A DNA stretch of 64,000 nucleotides from Verrucomicrobiaceae bacterium (GTDB taxonomy: Bacteria > Verrucomicrobiota > Verrucomicrobiia > Verrucomicrobiales > Akkermansiaceae), in NCBI GenBank assembly GCA_027486655.1, contig JAIXOR010000067.1, positions 21,280-85,279 on the forward strand, read 5' to 3'. The position numbers and the translations under genes were made by a program. The notes beneath the pieces were generated by a model, which saw nothing but the letters and a program-made list of their open reading frames with translations, did no database searches and was not told where the DNA came from. Shown in pieces: positions 29,080-39,250 of this stretch (positions within the stretch are counted from its first letter, which is position 1; each line of letters opens with the position of its first letter).

Positions 29080-30059
29080 ACATCCTCCTCGACGCCTCTC
29101 CAGGACAACTCGCTCGACTATCAACAAGCCCCGGCTCGCTTCCCCGCTGGTTCGCTGCCCCCATCGCGGCCGCGGATCCGGAACTCAAGATCGGAAGGAA
29201 TCCTCGTGAGGTGTTTTCCTCCCTTGCAGGGGGCCACGCGGCGAAGTCCGCCCTCGTTTTCAACGTCGGTCTGCTTGAGGCCGCAGCATCCGCCATGCCT
29301 TTCCGCCAAACCCGTCTGGTGTCCCTCCATCAGTGGTGGCCGCCCGAATTGCTTCCCGCATGGAAGAATGCCATCTATCAGAACGTCCTCGGCAACAGCA
29401 GGATCATCCTCAGCTACAGCGCGGCGGACGCGGATTCCCTCCGCAAACGCTTTCCCGGTGCCGACGTCCGCTGGATCGGCCACTTTGTAGACACCGATTT
29501 CTTCACTCCTTTCTGCACGGGTGAGCCGGCGGAACAATACATCCTCTGCCCCGGCGACCATCGGCGCCTCGAACCCGTCGTGGTTGCCGTCGCGGAGGCT
29601 CTTTCCATCAAGGTGGTCCGCTTCTCCACCGACCCGCATGTGCTCGATTACCACCGCGAGCACCCATCCCGTTTCGTCGAGTGCCGCGGCAACATCAGCT
29701 TTGACGAGGTCCTCGAACTGTATCGCAAGGCACTTCTTGTCCTGAATGCCGTGGATGATCGCCACTGGCCCGTGGGCATCACCACGTTCTGCGAGGGCAT
29801 CGCCACCAACCGCCCCGTGATCACCTCCGCAGGCCACTCGTGTTCCGGATACACATTCGAGGACGGTTTCCGGCCCTACGCCACTGTGGAAGACATCTTC
29901 AACCCCTCCGCGTGGATCGAAAAGGTCCGTGGGTTGCTGGAATCCGGATCACAGTGGTCCGATGGACGTTCGCCCAGGGACCTGGCCGTCCACATCTCGT
30001 CGTTCCCGAAAATGGTCGAAACCTGGCGATCGGTCATCCGGGATGCGGAGAGCCAATGA
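29076..30059 (+). CDS. Glycosyltransferase (divergent GT-B)
   Basis: VDTDFF, ELYRKA, GITTFCEGIATNRPVI resemble the GT4 C-terminal domain; coupled by ATGA overlaps. Confidence 0.7.
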   Translation: MNILLDASPGQLARLSTSPGSLPRWFAAPIAAADPELKIGRNPREVFSSLAGGHAAKSALVFNVGLLEAAASAMPFRQTRLVSLHQWWPPELLPAWKNAIYQNVLGNSRIILSYSAADADSLRKRFPGADVRWIGHFVDTDFFTPFCTGEPAEQYILCPGDHRRLEPVVVAVAEALSIKVVRFSTDPHVLDYHREHPSRFVECRGNISFDEVLELYRKALLVLNAVDDRHWPVGITTFCEGIATNRPVITSAGHSCSGYTFEDGFRPYATVEDIFNPSAWIEKVRGLLESGSQWSDGRSPRDLAVHISSFPKMVETWRSVIRDAESQ

Positions 30060-30649
30060 TGTTAGATACGATGCCTTCAATTGGAAAGATGGTCTGGGCG
30101 ATCGGACGCCGCGCTTCGTCCTGTGCGCGCTGGTTGTTCTACCGTTTCCTAGGACGCGCCCTCATCCGCACGGTGGGACGCCGAACCCGGTTCTTCGGCA
30201 GGATCCGCTTTGGTTCCGCGGAGAGCAACATCCACGTCGGCTCGGACTGCATGATCGGTCATGATTTGTTTCTTTCCGCCAGTCCAGGTGCCACTCTTCA
30301 CATTGGCAACGGTTGCGGAATCAACACCGGATGTCATATCGTTGCCGTGGAACACATCGAGATCGGCGATCACACTCTCATCGCCGAGTTTTGCTCGATC
30401 CGTGACCAGAACCACGCGTTCGGCGACCCGTCAAAACCGGTTGCCGAACAGGGATTCACCGGTGGTCCTGTAAAGATCGGCAAGAACGTCTGGATCGGAC
30501 GCGGAGTCTTTGTTGGCGCAGGAGTCACCATCGGCGACGGAGCGGTCATCGGCGCCAACAGCGTGGTCACTCGTGACATTCCAGAAAGAGTCGTCGCGGC
30601 AGGAGTCCCGGCACGCGTGATCCGCGAAATTGAAGGAAACCGCCTATGA
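30056..30649 (+). CDS. Hexapeptide-repeat O-acyltransferase
   Basis: IGKNVWIGRGVFVGAGVTIGDGAVIGANSVVT; start set at the ATGA overlap. Confidence 0.9.
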   Translation: MMLDTMPSIGKMVWAIGRRASSCARWLFYRFLGRALIRTVGRRTRFFGRIRFGSAESNIHVGSDCMIGHDLFLSASPGATLHIGNGCGINTGCHIVAVEHIEIGDHTLIAEFCSIRDQNHAFGDPSKPVAEQGFTGGPVKIGKNVWIGRGVFVGAGVTIGDGAVIGANSVVTRDIPERVVAAGVPARVIREIEGNRL

Positions 30650-31902
30650 ATCTTCCAAGAAGTACTGTTCTCTTTGACAATCTAGGGCCTTATCATGTCG
30701 CCAGACTGGCCGCAGCCTCACGGATCATGCCCGTCAGTGCGATCGAGTTCAGCGGACGAAGTGCGGAATACGCCTGGAGCGCCCCGGAAGCTGCCGGCAT
30801 CCAACGCACCACGGTGCATCCAACCGGCCCGGCCTATCAATTGAGCGCGGGAGTTTTCAGGAACCGCCTTAGAAAACTGCTCTCAGAGGCCAAATCGGAA
30901 GTCATCGCCATACCCGGCTGGTCAGGCCGGGGTGCTTTCGTCGCGATGGAGTGGGCCATGGAAACAAGGACTCCATACATCCTCATGTCGGACAGCACCG
31001 AATGGGACGAACCGCGCGTTACGTGGAAGGAAGCCGTAAAATCAAGATTTGTGGCGGGTGCCTCCGCCGCTCTTGTGGCCGGTACTCCGCACGCCGACTA
31101 CATGATCACCCTCGGCATGCCGCCTTCACGCATCTTCAACGGCTACGACGTGGTGGATAATCAAGCCTTCAGCCAGGGTGCCGATAGATGGAGACGGGAA
31201 TCCGCAGAACTGGGTGTAAAGTTCCATCCCTATTTCCTCGCGTCTTGCCGCTTCGTGGCCAAGAAGAACCTTCCGATCCTCCTGGATGCGTTGGCGATGC
31301 TCGCCTCACACTCCGCGACACATTCGAAGACTCCCCCGTGGGATCTCTGCCTGTTAGGCGACGGCGAGCTCCGTGAGGAACTGATCCGGCATGCGGAACA
31401 ACTTGGTGTTGAGGTGCTTCATGGAGCTCCCTGGGAGTGCCCGGCCCCCGACCATGGACGGGGGAGGCTGTTGCTTCCGGGATTCCGGCAGATCGGCGAT
31501 TTGTTCCGGTTTTATGCAGGCGCGGGGGCCTTCGTGCATGCAAGCACCACCGAACAATGGGGTCTCGTTGTCAATGAAGCGATGGCCTCCGGACTGCCCG
31601 TTGCCGTTTCGAACCGTTGCGGATGCGCTGCGGATCTCGTCGAGGAAGCCAGGAACGGATGGACCTTTCCACCCGGAAACCGCCAGGTTTTAGCCGACAT
31701 TCTTGTCCGGCTCTGCACCATGGATTCAGAGGAACGCCAACTCATGGGCGACCAAAGCCGGATCCTGATCGCTTCATGGGGACCGGATCGTTTCCGAGAA
31801 GGATTTGCCAAGGCTGCGGAATGCGCCGTGAGCCACCGCTCTACAAAAGCACCGTTCACCACCCGTCTCGCGCTGCGCGGACTCTCACTGGCAAGCCGTT
31901 GA
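30646..31902 (+). CDS. Glycosyltransferase family 4
   Basis: RFVAKKN, EQWGLVVNEAMASG. Confidence 0.9.
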   Translation: MNLPRSTVLFDNLGPYHVARLAAASRIMPVSAIEFSGRSAEYAWSAPEAAGIQRTTVHPTGPAYQLSAGVFRNRLRKLLSEAKSEVIAIPGWSGRGAFVAMEWAMETRTPYILMSDSTEWDEPRVTWKEAVKSRFVAGASAALVAGTPHADYMITLGMPPSRIFNGYDVVDNQAFSQGADRWRRESAELGVKFHPYFLASCRFVAKKNLPILLDALAMLASHSATHSKTPPWDLCLLGDGELREELIRHAEQLGVEVLHGAPWECPAPDHGRGRLLLPGFRQIGDLFRFYAGAGAFVHASTTEQWGLVVNEAMASGLPVAVSNRCGCAADLVEEARNGWTFPPGNRQVLADILVRLCTMDSEERQLMGDQSRILIASWGPDRFREGFAKAAECAVSHRSTKAPFTTRLALRGLSLASR

Positions 31903-31924
31903 CTGGCGGTAAGGCCCATTCATC

Positions 31925-33154
31925 ATGCATCCGACCCACAAGCCGAGCGTTCTTCACGTTTCCGCATCCCTCAGCCGCAAGGCGGGAGGCATTTTCGAGA
32001 TTGCCGTGGCCGTGGCCAGGCAACTCGGGAAGATGGGCCTCGATGTCTCCGCCGCAGGACTTCACGATGAATCGTGGGAACTCGACAAGGCTCGTTGGAA
32101 TCCGGTGCCCGCAAAGGTCTTCCCGTTTATGGGGCCCTCGTCGTTTGGTTACTCTCCAGGCCTTTCCGCCCACCTGCGTTCATCACAGGCAGAGGTTTTA
32201 CACCTTCATTCCATGTGGATGCACCCGAGTGTGGCGGTCTCGTCATGGGCACGGTCCACAGGGCGTCCTTACGTCGTCACCCCCAACGGCATGCTGGAAC
32301 CCTGGGCCCTCGCCAACTCTGGATGGAAAAAGTCGATCGCACGCTCCCTTTACGAGATGAGGATGCTCCGAGGGGCCGGATGCATTCACGCCAACACCCC
32401 GAAAGAGCTTGCCGACGTCCGCTCATTCGGACTGCACAACCCGGTTGCCCTCATTCCTAACGGCATCGACCTGCATGACGCGCATCGACCAGCCGCACCC
32501 GAATCTCCACCCATTCTCCTGTTTTTGGGAAGACTCCACCCCAAGAAAGGCATCGGCAACGCATTGCAGGCATGGGCCACACTGAGCCGTGAGCAGGAGA
32601 ATCTGCCCAGAGAAAAACGATGGACCTTCGTGATCGCGGGCTGGGACCAGGGCGGCCACGAGGCCGAACTGCACCGCATCTGCTCGGAATCGGGACTCGC
32701 CTTCGAGAACATCGCCGCACGGGATTTCAACATGGGCGAATTGCCTGAGGCATCCGTGATATTCACCGGCCCGGCCTTCGGTGATGAGAAGAACAAACTG
32801 CTTCAATCCGCCTCCGCATTCATTCTCCCGAGTTTCAGCGAGGGACTCCCGATGTCCGTTCTTGAGGCATGGGCCCACGCTCTGCCGGTGCTCATGACCG
32901 ATCATTGCAACCTCCCCGAGGGATTCGCGGCAGGGGCCGCCCTGCGGATCGAGCCGGACGCAGAATCCATCCTTACCGCCATGCGGGAATTCACCCGGTT
33001 GAGTCACGGCCAACGCAACGAAATCGGAGCCAGGGGACGCCAACTCGCGGGAGACAGATTCTCATGGAGCTCCGTCGCGGAGCGACTCTGCCATGTCTAT
33101 CAATGGCTCACCGGCAGGGAGGAAAAACCGGACTTCGTGATCACCAACGACTGA
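31925..33154 (+). CDS. Glycosyltransferase family 4
   Basis: LFLGRLHPKKG, PSFSEGLPMSVLEAWA. Confidence 0.9.
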   Translation: MHPTHKPSVLHVSASLSRKAGGIFEIAVAVARQLGKMGLDVSAAGLHDESWELDKARWNPVPAKVFPFMGPSSFGYSPGLSAHLRSSQAEVLHLHSMWMHPSVAVSSWARSTGRPYVVTPNGMLEPWALANSGWKKSIARSLYEMRMLRGAGCIHANTPKELADVRSFGLHNPVALIPNGIDLHDAHRPAAPESPPILLFLGRLHPKKGIGNALQAWATLSREQENLPREKRWTFVIAGWDQGGHEAELHRICSESGLAFENIAARDFNMGELPEASVIFTGPAFGDEKNKLLQSASAFILPSFSEGLPMSVLEAWAHALPVLMTDHCNLPEGFAAGAALRIEPDAESILTAMREFTRLSHGQRNEIGARGRQLAGDRFSWSSVAERLCHVYQWLTGREEKPDFVITND

Positions 33155-33163
33155 TAGAAACGA

Positions 33164-33742
33164 ATGCTCCCGACTCAGTCATCGGCAGTCCGCAAAAGAT
33201 GGATGATCCTCTTTTCACTGTTGCTTGCGTCTTGTGCTTCATGGTTCGCCTGGGGCACACTGCCGGACCCCAAGTTGTCCCCGATCCCTTTCGAGCCGGA
33301 TGCGATCGTCGTCCTCGGCGGGGGCGACGGCTCACGCGGCCGCGAGGCCTACCGCATGCACCTCGCCCATCCCGCTGCGGCACTCATCGTGACGGGTGAC
33401 GGCAACGAAATCTTCGACAGCCTCGTGAGAAAGGGAGTAAGCCCCACCAGCATCCATCATGAAACGCGGGCGACGAGCACTTGGGAAAACGCCCTCTACA
33501 CCCAGCCCATCCTCAATCGCTGCCACGCATCGAAGGTGGTGATCGTCACCGACTGGTTTCATATTCCACGGGCACTCGCCGTTTTCAGGAGAGCCCAACC
33601 TGACAAGGTGTTCCACGCCTCCTTCGAACCCAAACCCGGAACCCCGAGCAGTTGCGAAATCTCGCACGCACGCCGTGAACGGCTCGCCATGGTTTTTTAC
33701 ACGCTGCGCCACGGAATCAACCCACTCGCCGGATGTCGTTGA
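33164..33742 (+). CDS. YdcF/DUF218 family protein
   Basis: DAIVVLGGG, ATSTWENA, VTDWFHIPRA. Confidence 0.85.
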   Translation: MLPTQSSAVRKRWMILFSLLLASCASWFAWGTLPDPKLSPIPFEPDAIVVLGGGDGSRGREAYRMHLAHPAAALIVTGDGNEIFDSLVRKGVSPTSIHHETRATSTWENALYTQPILNRCHASKVVIVTDWFHIPRALAVFRRAQPDKVFHASFEPKPGTPSSCEISHARRERLAMVFYTLRHGINPLAGCR

Positions 33743-34281
33743 CCGAAACCAATATCAGCGCGAACCGCAGCGTTCGCAAGTGGACCCGCCGTGAACTTGG
33801 CGGACGCGCGCTCTGGGGCCTTTGCCGCCCTCTTTTCCGCTGGAGTCCGCGGCTCTGCTGGGGATGGAGGCGCATGCTGCTGCGTCTCTTCGGCGCGAGG
33901 ATCGGGTCGGGCGTACATATCCATCCCTCCGCAGTGATCTTCATCCCATGGAACCTCGACATAGGCGAACTTTCATCCATCGGGTTTGACTCGATGATCT
34001 ACAACCTCGGCCCGCTGAAGATCGGGTCGCGGGTCACCATCTCCCAGCGGAGCCACCTCTGCGGAGGTTCGCATGATCACCGGGATCCATCGATGCCGCT
34101 TGTCAAATGCCCGATCGAAATCGGTGATGACGCTTGGATCTGTGCAGACGCCTTTGTAGGCCCCTCCATCAAGGTCGGAGCCCACTCGATCGTCGCCGCC
34201 GCCGCCGTGGCCGTGCATGACGTTCCACCGGCCACCATCGTCGCAGGAAACCCTGCAAGACCCGTACGCAAACGATCATGA
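33733..34281 (+). CDS. wcaF: WcaF-like acetyltransferase
   Basis: LLRLFGARIG..IHPS..PWNL, LCGGSHD, GNPARPV. Confidence 0.82.
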   Translation: MSLTETNISANRSVRKWTRRELGGRALWGLCRPLFRWSPRLCWGWRRMLLRLFGARIGSGVHIHPSAVIFIPWNLDIGELSSIGFDSMIYNLGPLKIGSRVTISQRSHLCGGSHDHRDPSMPLVKCPIEIGDDAWICADAFVGPSIKVGAHSIVAAAAVAVHDVPPATIVAGNPARPVRKRS

Positions 34282-35102
34282 TCTCCATCCTCATCCTCAC
34301 TCTCAACGAAGCAAGCAACATCAAGGCCTGCCTGGACTCGGTGTCCTGGAGCGACGATGTCTTTGTTCTCGATTCCGGGTCCTCGGATGCCACAGCGGAA
34401 ATATCCCGCAGTGCGGGGGCCACGGTGGTCACAAGGCCGTTTGACAACTGGGCAAGCCACCAGAATTGGGCGGTCGCCAACATCCCGTTCCGCCACAAGT
34501 GGGTTTTCTATCTGGATGCGGATGAACGCATGACTCCGGAACTGGCCGCGGAGATCCGGCAGATCGCTGCCGATTCCGGGGAGACGCGCAAGGGATTCTA
34601 CTGCGGCCGGATCAACTACTTCATGGGACGCCCCATCACGAGATGCTATCCTCCGGTCCCCATCCTCCGGTTTTTCCAACCCGGGCACATCCGCTACGAA
34701 CGGTTGGTCAATCCCGTGGCGATCATCGACGGGCCTGCCGGGTCACTCTCCCACCGGTTCCTGCACTATAACTTCAGCAAGGGCCTCACCGAGTGGTTCG
34801 ACAAACACAACAAATACTCACTCGCCGAAGCAATCGAAGCCATCAAGATTCTCGATCGGGATTCCGAATCCCCATCGCTGTTCTCCGGTGACGCAGCCCT
34901 TCGAAGAGTGGCCCTGAAGAACGCGGCACTGCGCATGCCGTGCCGGCCGTTCGTCAAGTTCATCTACCTCTATTTCTGGCGCAGAGGCCTGTTCGACGGC
35001 GCGCCAGGACTCACTTACTGCCTGCTCCAATCGATCTACGAATACCTGATTGATCTGAAAATCCGGGAAATCCGCCTCAACCGATCCGGCATACCACTTT
35101 GA
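34278..35102 (+). CDS. Glycosyltransferase family 2
   Basis: ILTLNE, LDSGSSD, FYLDADE (DxD). Confidence 0.9.
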   Translation: MISILILTLNEASNIKACLDSVSWSDDVFVLDSGSSDATAEISRSAGATVVTRPFDNWASHQNWAVANIPFRHKWVFYLDADERMTPELAAEIRQIAADSGETRKGFYCGRINYFMGRPITRCYPPVPILRFFQPGHIRYERLVNPVAIIDGPAGSLSHRFLHYNFSKGLTEWFDKHNKYSLAEAIEAIKILDRDSESPSLFSGDAALRRVALKNAALRMPCRPFVKFIYLYFWRRGLFDGAPGLTYCLLQSIYEYLIDLKIREIRLNRSGIPL

Positions 35103-35123
35103 TCCCTCCCGCAGCCTACGGCC

Positions 35124-35417
35124 ATGAATTTCATCCAGGATCACCCGTCTTTCGACGTCCGGAGTGTCACCAACAAACTTGAACGATCGCTGCCTCCGTC
35201 CTTCCTTGCCACCCACCCCGATTTCGTCAGCAACGCCCTGTGCGGGATCCTTTTCCGCAACGGCATCGAGGATTCCGGACGGATCGAAGCCATCTCTGGC
35301 AAATCCATCGAACAAACCGTTTTCGGTATCGCCGAGATCCTCGCCGACCCGGAGTCCTCCGTCCGCTACTTCGCTGCTCTCGATCAATTCGAAGCCGAGC
35401 TTGGTTTCGATCACTGA
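35124..35417 (+). CDS. Hypothetical protein (97 aa)
   Basis: Fills the gap in the co-oriented operon, ccATG start context; no family recognised. Confidence 0.6.
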   Translation: MNFIQDHPSFDVRSVTNKLERSLPPSFLATHPDFVSNALCGILFRNGIEDSGRIEAISGKSIEQTVFGIAEILADPESSVRYFAALDQFEAELGFDH

Positions 35418-35456
35418 GACCGCATCCCCATTCTCCCAAACTGATAGAAAATCCCA

Positions 35457-35927
35457 ATGAACACACACAAACTCCCCTGGGAAGACGAAAGTCCTGATCT
35501 GCCCGCTTCCGCACCTGCGAAACCAAGGACCACCAAAAGCGCGACTTCGCGTCCTGCCGAAACCCCACCCGCAGAGCCGAAGAAACGTGGCAAATCGCCA
35601 TCCGTGCATTCGAGCGAGTTCAAGCTTACCGTCATTCTCGAAACACTGCGCGGCAGCCTCACCCAGCGGGAGATCGGCGAGAAATACAACATCCCTCAGC
35701 CACTCGTGAGTCTATGGAAATCCAGCGCGATCGAGGCCATCCGCGACGACCTGGACGGCAGGAAGAAACGCAGGACAGAGCGCCCGGCCATTGCCAGCCC
35801 TCTCGACCACCTGATGGCCGCCGCAGACGAACAATCGATCGAACGCCTCTGCAGCACCCTGCGCAAGACCGCGTCCCAGATCGAGATGACGCTGATGAAC
35901 TCCAGACCCAAGGCCGACGAGGATTGA
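35457..35927 (+). CDS. Helix-turn-helix protein resembling IS3-family OrfA (HTH_Tnp_1)
   Basis: HSSEFKLTVILETLRGSLTQREIGEKYNIPQPLVSLWK; no OrfB or terminal repeats seen. Confidence 0.6.
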   Translation: MNTHKLPWEDESPDLPASAPAKPRTTKSATSRPAETPPAEPKKRGKSPSVHSSEFKLTVILETLRGSLTQREIGEKYNIPQPLVSLWKSSAIEAIRDDLDGRKKRRTERPAIASPLDHLMAAADEQSIERLCSTLRKTASQIEMTLMNSRPKADED

Positions 35928-35966
35928 AGGACCTTTCTCACTCATTCCCCCTGCGAGTCCAATCCG

Positions 35967-37175
35967 ATGCACATCGTTTTCCTCAATCAGTATTACCCAC
36001 CCGACGAGGCTCCGACGGGCCTGATGCTGGAGGCCGTGGCTGAAAGTCTCGTCGAACTCGGGCATGAAGTGACCATTGTCTGCGCGAATGGCGGCTACGC
36101 TGGAACGGATTCTTCGATCGAGCGCGGTGGAGCAAGTGATGGGGCCAGCACCGGCCCCCGCGTCCTGAGGATTGGTGCCACCGGATTCGGAAGATCAAGC
36201 TTCATTGGGAAGCTGTTGGACTATCTCACCTACTATCTGGGCGTGGCAGGCATGCTGGCTTTCATGAGGCCGAGTCCGGACCGCATCGTGGCGCTCACCA
36301 CGCCGCCCTACCTGTCGATTCTCGCAAGGATCTTCTCCGGCCTTCGGGGAGCGGACCACGCGCACTGGATCATGGACCTTTACCCCGATGTGATGACCGC
36401 CCACGGCATGATCCGCAGACCATCGGGCACCGCAAGTTTCCTGGAGGGTCTCGCTCGCTTCGGATTCGGCGGCGGCCGTTGCAAGATGGTGCTCACGCTG
36501 GGACCTGACATGGCGGCAAGAACCAAAGTCTATCTAACCGAGAGCACCCCGTGTGAGTGGGTGCCCTTGTGGGGAACGGCGGAAACCGGCCAGGCAAAGC
36601 TGGAACGGGGAACGGTTCCTGAGAACAGGGAGGACCCCGTAGTCCTCATGTATTCGGGAAACATGGGGTTAGGACATCGGTTCGGCGAGTTTCTGGAAGC
36701 GGCCGCCAGCGCGGGTCAAGGATTTCGGTGGCGATTCAATGGAGATGGGAAGAGACGTCCGGAAATCGAGGCCTTTGCCACGAGCCATCCGGAGGCACCG
36801 ATCGAACTCGGACCCTACGTGCCCAGATCGGGTCTGGCCGCACATCTATCATCGGCGGACGTCCATCTCGCCTCCCTGGAGCCTTCCTGGGATGGCACAA
36901 TGGTCCCCTCCAAGCTTCAGGGGATCTTTGCCATCGGGCGGCCGGTTCTGTTTGTCGGTTCCACCACCTGCTCGATGGGGCAGTGGATCCTCCAGAGTGG
37001 CGGTGGCTGGGTCGTCGAACCCGGAAACCCATCGGCCATGCGTGAGGCGCTTGATGAGATTCGCGATCCAAGGATACGGGCAAGCAAGGGAGAGGCCGCA
37101 CGGGTCTACTCCTTCTGGTACTTCAACAGGCGCTTCAATGCCGGGCGCATCGCTGCCCACCTCACCACATCCTGA
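35967..37175 (+). CDS. Glycosyltransferase family 4 (WcaI-like)
   Basis: NQYYPPD, WIMDLYPD, YSGNMG..H, VPSKLQG. Confidence 0.9.
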   Translation: MHIVFLNQYYPPDEAPTGLMLEAVAESLVELGHEVTIVCANGGYAGTDSSIERGGASDGASTGPRVLRIGATGFGRSSFIGKLLDYLTYYLGVAGMLAFMRPSPDRIVALTTPPYLSILARIFSGLRGADHAHWIMDLYPDVMTAHGMIRRPSGTASFLEGLARFGFGGGRCKMVLTLGPDMAARTKVYLTESTPCEWVPLWGTAETGQAKLERGTVPENREDPVVLMYSGNMGLGHRFGEFLEAAASAGQGFRWRFNGDGKRRPEIEAFATSHPEAPIELGPYVPRSGLAAHLSSADVHLASLEPSWDGTMVPSKLQGIFAIGRPVLFVGSTTCSMGQWILQSGGGWVVEPGNPSAMREALDEIRDPRIRASKGEAARVYSFWYFNRRFNAGRIAAHLTTS

Positions 37176-37231
37176 GCCAGTTCCGCCAACTTGTCCTTTT
37201 GTCTTTCTGTTTCACCCGCACCCACACACCC

Positions 37232-39199
37232 ATGATCCCGCACCTCCACGAAGCCATCGCGCTGACGCTCTTCGGGCTGGCCATTTCCCTGGCCTTCACC
37301 CGCATCATGATCCATCTCGGGCCAAAACTCGGGTTGATGGACCAGCCGGACGAACGACGGGTCCACGTCACCCCGATTCCGCGCGCTGGCGGCATTGCCA
37401 TCTGGCTGTCCTTCATGATCACCGTCTGGGTGGGCAAATACCTGGCACCCGGACTTTTCGACGGACAACTGTCGATGCAACTGGCCGCGTTCACACTTTC
37501 CACCGGCATGCTGATGGTCGTTGGAGTGATCGATGACAGGCAAGGCATCCGCCCCTTCGTCAAGCTTGGTGGCCAGATCGCGGCCTCGCTCACGTTTTTC
37601 CTGCTCAATCCGAAAACTGTTGGGATGTTCATGGGATACCAGATTCCCTATCTGGTCGAGCTCGCCTTCTTCACCGGGTGGTCAGTTCTCTTGATCAACG
37701 CATTCAACCTCATTGACGGGCTCGACGGGCTGTGTGGCGGTCTGGTCTGCATCAGCCTTTTCGTGATCGCGGGACTCGAGCTCGCCGCAGGCCACCTTTC
37801 GGATGCGCTAGTGGTCGGCATCATGATGGTGTGTGTCGCGGGCTTCATGAAGTTCAACCTGAACCCGGCGAAAATCTTCCTCGGAGATGCGGGATCGATG
37901 ATGCTTGGATTTTTCCTTGCAAGCGCAGCCACACAGGCGGGCGGCCGCCGGGCGGTCGTGGGATCGATCGTTCTTCCGATCGCGATTGCGGGTGTGCCTT
38001 TGCTCGACGTATTTCTCGCCATCTGGCGGAGAAGTGCACGCAGCACGGTGAGCCACTGGAATGGAGGAGATCGCGTCGGCGTCTTCTCGCCGGACAAGGA
38101 TCACCTGCACCATCGATTCCTTGCCCGCGGCCTGGGCCAGAAAAAGGTGGCGCTTCTCATGCAAGGACTCGCCATTCTGCTCGCCGCCCTCGCGTTCGTC
38201 CCGATGTTGGTGGGCACCCGGGGCATCATGATCACGGTTTGCGGATTGATGATCCTCGGGCTCTTCGGTCTGAGGCACCTCGCACAGGTCGAGTTGAAGC
38301 ACACCGGATCGCTCGTCCATCTCGCTGTGAAGCGGCGCGAGGGGCCGGGCAAGATGCGCACCTGGTACTTCACTTACGATCTGACTGCGCTTTTCATCGC
38401 AGGAACCGGCGCCATCCTCATCGAGACCAACCTTGCGACCCGTGATTTCTCGGTGGAGACCACGATGCGCTTTGTCGCAACCTTCGTGGCTTGTGAAATG
38501 GTCGTCCTGCACTTGATCCGTATCTACAGGCGTGTATGGAGCCGCTCCGCGCTTAGGGAATTCCTGCTGCTATCGATGGGCTTGATGATCGGTGGTCTGG
38601 CCGCGACCGGAATCTTCCAAACTGCGGCCGGAGACATCGCCTGGAGCGGTTTGCGCGCTTCGATCATCGCCATCGGAAGCGCCACCTGGCTTCTGCTGCT
38701 GCCCCGGGCCCTTCCGGATGTGTTGCGGGAGCTCGCCATGGACAGCAGCCACCGACACCTCACCCGTGGCAAGAACAGCGGCAAACAAGTCCTCGTTTAC
38801 GGTGCAGGCGATGTCGGAAACCTCTTTGTGAAATATCTCAAGACATGCAGCCCCGATGATTTCCAACGCTTTCAGATCTCCGGCTACCTCGATGATTCGG
38901 ACGCCCTGAAAGGGAGAACGATCAACGGATTCAAGATCCTTGGGGGCTTGGATGTCCTCTCGACCGTCTGCGCGGAGTATCCCATCCACGGCATCCTCAT
39001 CGCCATCCAGGATCTGCCGGAAGAACGCATGCAGGAAATCCTTAAGGAAGCGGCAGCACTGGATCTGGCGGTGTATTCGTGGGCGTCCGACTTGAAACCC
39101 AGGCGCATCCTGACCGGATACGAACCAATGCAAAACGCTTCGATGCAATCGGTGCGTCCGCTCACCGAGTCCGAAGCGCGTCCCGCCTTCGAAGCTTGA
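37232..39199 (+). CDS. WecA/TagO-type initiating phosphoglycosyltransferase fused to a PglF/CapD N-terminal-like TM plus Rossmann module
   Basis: PRAGGIAI, DD, NAFNLIDGLDGL, FLGDAGS, DKDHLHHR; C-terminal VLVYGAGDVG..GYLDDS..ILIAI. Confidence 0.85.
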   Translation: MIPHLHEAIALTLFGLAISLAFTRIMIHLGPKLGLMDQPDERRVHVTPIPRAGGIAIWLSFMITVWVGKYLAPGLFDGQLSMQLAAFTLSTGMLMVVGVIDDRQGIRPFVKLGGQIAASLTFFLLNPKTVGMFMGYQIPYLVELAFFTGWSVLLINAFNLIDGLDGLCGGLVCISLFVIAGLELAAGHLSDALVVGIMMVCVAGFMKFNLNPAKIFLGDAGSMMLGFFLASAATQAGGRRAVVGSIVLPIAIAGVPLLDVFLAIWRRSARSTVSHWNGGDRVGVFSPDKDHLHHRFLARGLGQKKVALLMQGLAILLAALAFVPMLVGTRGIMITVCGLMILGLFGLRHLAQVELKHTGSLVHLAVKRREGPGKMRTWYFTYDLTALFIAGTGAILIETNLATRDFSVETTMRFVATFVACEMVVLHLIRIYRRVWSRSALREFLLLSMGLMIGGLAATGIFQTAAGDIAWSGLRASIIAIGSATWLLLLPRALPDVLRELAMDSSHRHLTRGKNSGKQVLVYGAGDVGNLFVKYLKTCSPDDFQRFQISGYLDDSDALKGRTINGFKILGGLDVLSTVCAEYPIHGILIAIQDLPEERMQEILKEAAALDLAVYSWASDLKPRRILTGYEPMQNASMQSVRPLTESEARPAFEA

Positions 39200-39250
39200 G
39201 ATCATCGAGATACCGGACAGCCCTTGGGACACCAAGCCACCGTCATCCGA

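Noticed and set aside
35457-35927. Intact IS3 element
   Set aside because: No DDE transposase, terminal inverted repeats or target duplication found.
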